From assembly GCA_041946805.1 (NCBI GenBank), contig JBHGBC010000147.1:1-20503 (forward strand): a stretch of 20,503 bases of DNA, written 5' to 3'. Positions within the stretch are counted from its first letter, which is position 1. Every line of letters starts with the position of its first letter. Made by a program: the position numbers and the translations under genes. Source of the stretch: a bacterium (GTDB lineage Bacteria; Hinthialibacterota; Hinthialibacteria; Hinthialibacterales; Hinthialibacteraceae). The notes beneath the pieces are model-generated. The model was given only the letters and a program-made list of their open reading frames with translations, was not told the origin of the DNA and made no database searches. This document shows, in pieces, positions 18,701-20,503 of the stretch.

Positions 18701-19826
18701 CTGTTTGAATTGCGCCGCGCGGGACCGCTGCCGGGTATTCCAGGAGCAGACTGTCTTCGGCCCCGATTCACTGCCAGTGAAAGAATCCGAGGCCACCCGC
18801 CGGCGCGCGCGGGAACGGCTGTTCGAGGCCCTGCAGGCGGTGCATCTGCGGGGCGAAGTGCACATCACCACGCGGGAACTGCGCGCCGCGTTGGTTTATA
18901 TCCTGTTCGGAATTCATGCTTGCGAGGAGTATCATAACGAATCCGCATCGCAGGCGCTTTCTTATCCTTACTGGGATCAGGCTTTCGCAGCGGAAGCGGC
19001 CGCGCGGCAGGGCGAGGTTTTGCGCGAGCTGATCCGTTTCGATCCCGCGTTCGAGGCGCATCCTCAGATCGACCGCTACCTGATCAGCCAGCCCTCGCCG
19101 GATGATCGCCGGACCGCTCCCCGGTACCCTCATCTCTCCCTGGCGTCCGCGCGCCGGCGGGCGTATTTCGAATGGACGGAAGCGCATCTCGAGGAAATCG
19201 CGCGGGACCAGGCCGCCTTGGGCCTGGCGCGGGGGCGGCATCTGGACGCGTTCCGCCGGATCCCCCTCGAGCAGGCCGGCATGGGTCACGAAGGCCGGAA
19301 ACGGTTGTGCGAAAAATTGTGCGCGGGCATATCCCGTTTGGAGAACCTGCCGCCCCAGGCCTACAAACGGGAAGGCAAGGTCCCATTGCGGATCACGCCG
19401 CGCACGCCCACGGAAACCGCGTTTTGGGTGGAGAAGACCTTGGAGCGGTTCCGCTTGGAGGCGGACCTTCCGGCTGACGCGGAGGGATTTGATATCCTCC
19501 ACCGGCAGGCGTATCTGATTTACGAATATCAGGATGGCCAGATGGAACGGTTGCGGCTGGGGGCGGAGTTGTTCCATCTGCTGATGGAAATCGCGGAAGG
19601 ATATCAATTGGGCGATGTCTCCACGGATGACACCTTCGCCCATCTGTCCATCTTCGTGCAGCGGCTGGCGCGGGAGGATGAGCGGTCGTTGATGGCTTAC
19701 AATCCGATGAACGAGGATACCATTTACAACCTCGCCGCGCGCATCGAACAAGGCCCGAACGGCCCGGTGCAAAACCTGGTGCTGACACCGGTGATTTCAG
19801 GAGAAACGACATGCCTCGAGAAATAG
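15798..19826 (+). CDS. NERD nuclease-pseudokinase-Ser/Thr kinase-P-loop NTPase fusion protein (putative defence protein)
   Basis: NERD motif EIDILLIGPPGVRVIEVK (15957-16010). Degenerate kinase with HRN at 16752, APE and SDLYSL. Intact kinase with LGGGGIG at 17202, VGK, HGDVSPRN at 17583, TDYD and DDLYAL. Walker A GNAGDGKT (18207-18230) and CxxCx5C (18702-18731). RBS GGAGG. Confidence 0.88.
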   Translation: MKVEHIPCGLPANESERKAISFLMNKLQAEPGDGEWILLTNWLFSVTNRVQSDEIDILLIGPPGVRVIEVKHWDDKWARDHNEFVTHEMEKLTGKVKKIATTLRKHEPDVGFVDGCVLLTRETSALKNLRSQPIRGIPFLGLTDWKTLLEVKNQHWTAVQVKNLCRMLEPRSAVALEGDLRRFGGVVNLELITPPDERFHRIYKGRHSVRQDKVVLHLYDLSAHPDKNAEQLARREFEALLRTQRFSWAPRILDSFHDAPGYPGEMYSFTLVDPSAPALRDRLNDPGWKTRERLAFALESLRALKEMHHPGEESPPIIHRNLTPATIRIRHDGTPIFTGFHWARIPTDTSIAPALPMPSEWEQAVAPEIRQAGLAAASERSDLYSLCFSLLLLFKNQTDDDLARQAGQLLEGGLKEQPEERETPDQIMEGIGVLLGQSLPAPALPPARFWTEDQTVRFHGRDYRIVSCLGGGGIGTTFKVIEFDRTTHEDWGTYVGKVVHSRDHGGRVLKAYVRARHCLGRSPGLSAIYEVATEWKDNDFVALMTWIEGAPLADFIGVFPLLAEEWEEKSPEALAVRWIRNLCAALHDLHKHGLIHGDVSPRNIIVSGHDVVLTDYDFVTKIGEPRWGSGTLLYCTPLSVGETPAQAADDLYALAASFFLVLTEKLPFPGDGRAAKERGLVWEESDREAYPFLSIFLNRATDPNPARRFASVEEALTFLKDYAQEEPPVEIRVPEVIATREVQEGRVDWLYSLLQSYPGSQWGNQETRGLDTPFAARTYVETSLEETLLREIRARQIRLIILCGNAGDGKTALLQRLAQQLGFGSHQSAERIIEHRLENGPLVRINLDGSAAWQGRSSDELLNEFLGPFQSGDPAEDIVHLLAINDGRLLEWIDSVGPTALTNKLTSFLLDDPDSDPSRAFHVRFINLNDRSLVGGLNPGRTKIETTFLDRLVDRLYGGEQAEAIWKPCLNCAARDRCRVFQEQTVFGPDSLPVKESEATRRRARERLFEALQAVHLRGEVHITTRELRAALVYILFGIHACEEYHNESASQALSYPYWDQAFAAEAAARQGEVLRELIRFDPAFEAHPQIDRYLISQPSPDDRRTAPRYPHLSLASARRRAYFEWTEAHLEEIARDQAALGLARGRHLDAFRRIPLEQAGMGHEGRKRLCEKLCAGISRLENLPPQAYKREGKVPLRITPRTPTETAFWVEKTLERFRLEADLPADAEGFDILHRQAYLIYEYQDGQMERLRLGAELFHLLMEIAEGYQLGDVSTDDTFAHLSIFVQRLAREDERSLMAYNPMNEDTIYNLAARIEQGPNGPVQNLVLTPVISGETTCLEK

Positions 19827-20485
19827 TCGAAAATGTACTTGGAAGAGATATGACCCGAGAATTATGGACGGGGAATTACACTACTGTAATACCAATTTCA
19901 TTGATTAATTTTGATTTATCTTCAGTTTTGCCCGCTGTATTCTATATGTTTCGTTGGGGCTATCGGCGGGGCCAGGGTAATTTTTTGAAGGTTTTTGCCG
20001 ATGAGCAAGGTACTGCTCAGCAGCGGCGCCGGTCAGCTACCATCGAACGCGTGACGGAGCGTCTTTCCCGTACGCCCACTCTCCAAGGATTTCAGGGTGA
20101 AGTGGAACAGGCGATTCTTGGCGATCTATTGCTCTGTTACTGCCTGGAAAATAAAAACCATGAAATGGGACGCGATCAACAAATCCAACGGGTCGCGCCG
20201 GCTCACTACATGGCTAGCTGTGTAGATTTACCTGAGCATGTAGGTCATTTGCGATTTGTTCCCGAGATGCTTGTCGCATTACTTGCAGACCAAGATTTCA
20301 CGGATTACGTGAGGCAAACGGCAGACCGTACCTGGTTCGCGGTAGGAAAAGATTTTAGGGATAATGCTTTGCTACGCGCCTTTCATAAGGGTATTGAAAT
20401 AAAAGGCATACCAAGTGACAGAACATCCGATTACTTTGTGGAAGAGTGTGTAACTTTTTTCCGTTTTTTAGGCGGCCTGGGCTAA
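19811..20485 (+). CDS. Hypothetical protein coupled to the NERD-kinase gene; possibly truncated
   Basis: RBS AGGAG, 16-nt overlap with the upstream gene, 224-aa ORF, visibly lower GC than its neighbours. No family recognised with confidence. Confidence 0.7.
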   Translation: MPREIVENVLGRDMTRELWTGNYTTVIPISLINFDLSSVLPAVFYMFRWGYRRGQGNFLKVFADEQGTAQQRRRSATIERVTERLSRTPTLQGFQGEVEQAILGDLLLCYCLENKNHEMGRDQQIQRVAPAHYMASCVDLPEHVGHLRFVPEMLVALLADQDFTDYVRQTADRTWFAVGKDFRDNALLRAFHKGIEIKGIPSDRTSDYFVEECVTFFRFLGGLG

Positions 20486-20503
20486 CGGTATGACTGGCGT
20501 ATA

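Noticed and set aside
18768..19772. 334-aa minus-strand ORF inside the kinase gene
   Set aside because: Antisense shadow with no motifs.
15798..19826. Calling the large gene pglW (BREX type 2)
   Set aside because: It shares the NERD-kinase N-terminus, but the C-terminus is a P-loop NTPase and the next gene is not a PglX methyltransferase.

Overview
High-GC bacterial chromosomal window with a Tat-rich gene content. Left to right it holds: an SSS-family Na+/solute symporter; an orphan MNT (MntA-like) antitoxin with only a stump where a HEPN partner would start; rdgB and a Pro-rich membrane protein; a neuA-neuC pair; a secreted hypothetical protein; a Tat-exported sugar isomerase-type TIM barrel; an M23 peptidase-PKD protein; a Tat-exported Gfo/Idh/MocA oxidoreductase; an orphan beta-propeller/Y_Y_Y histidine kinase; and a decayed IS5 transposase. 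The window ends in a probable defence locus: a 1342-aa NERD nuclease-pseudokinase-Ser/Thr kinase-P-loop NTPase fusion (PglW-like N-terminus, DptF/DndF-like C-terminus) overlapping a lower-GC, possibly truncated gene. Intergenic regions are crowded with small repeats. These include a ~210-bp MITE-like element with ISL3-like ends, target-site duplications and REP/BoxC-like cargo (one full copy, several partial ones), several REP-type hairpins, and a (GAGGGT)6 expansion just upstream of the defence locus. All family assignments come from motif recognition by eye; no searches were run.
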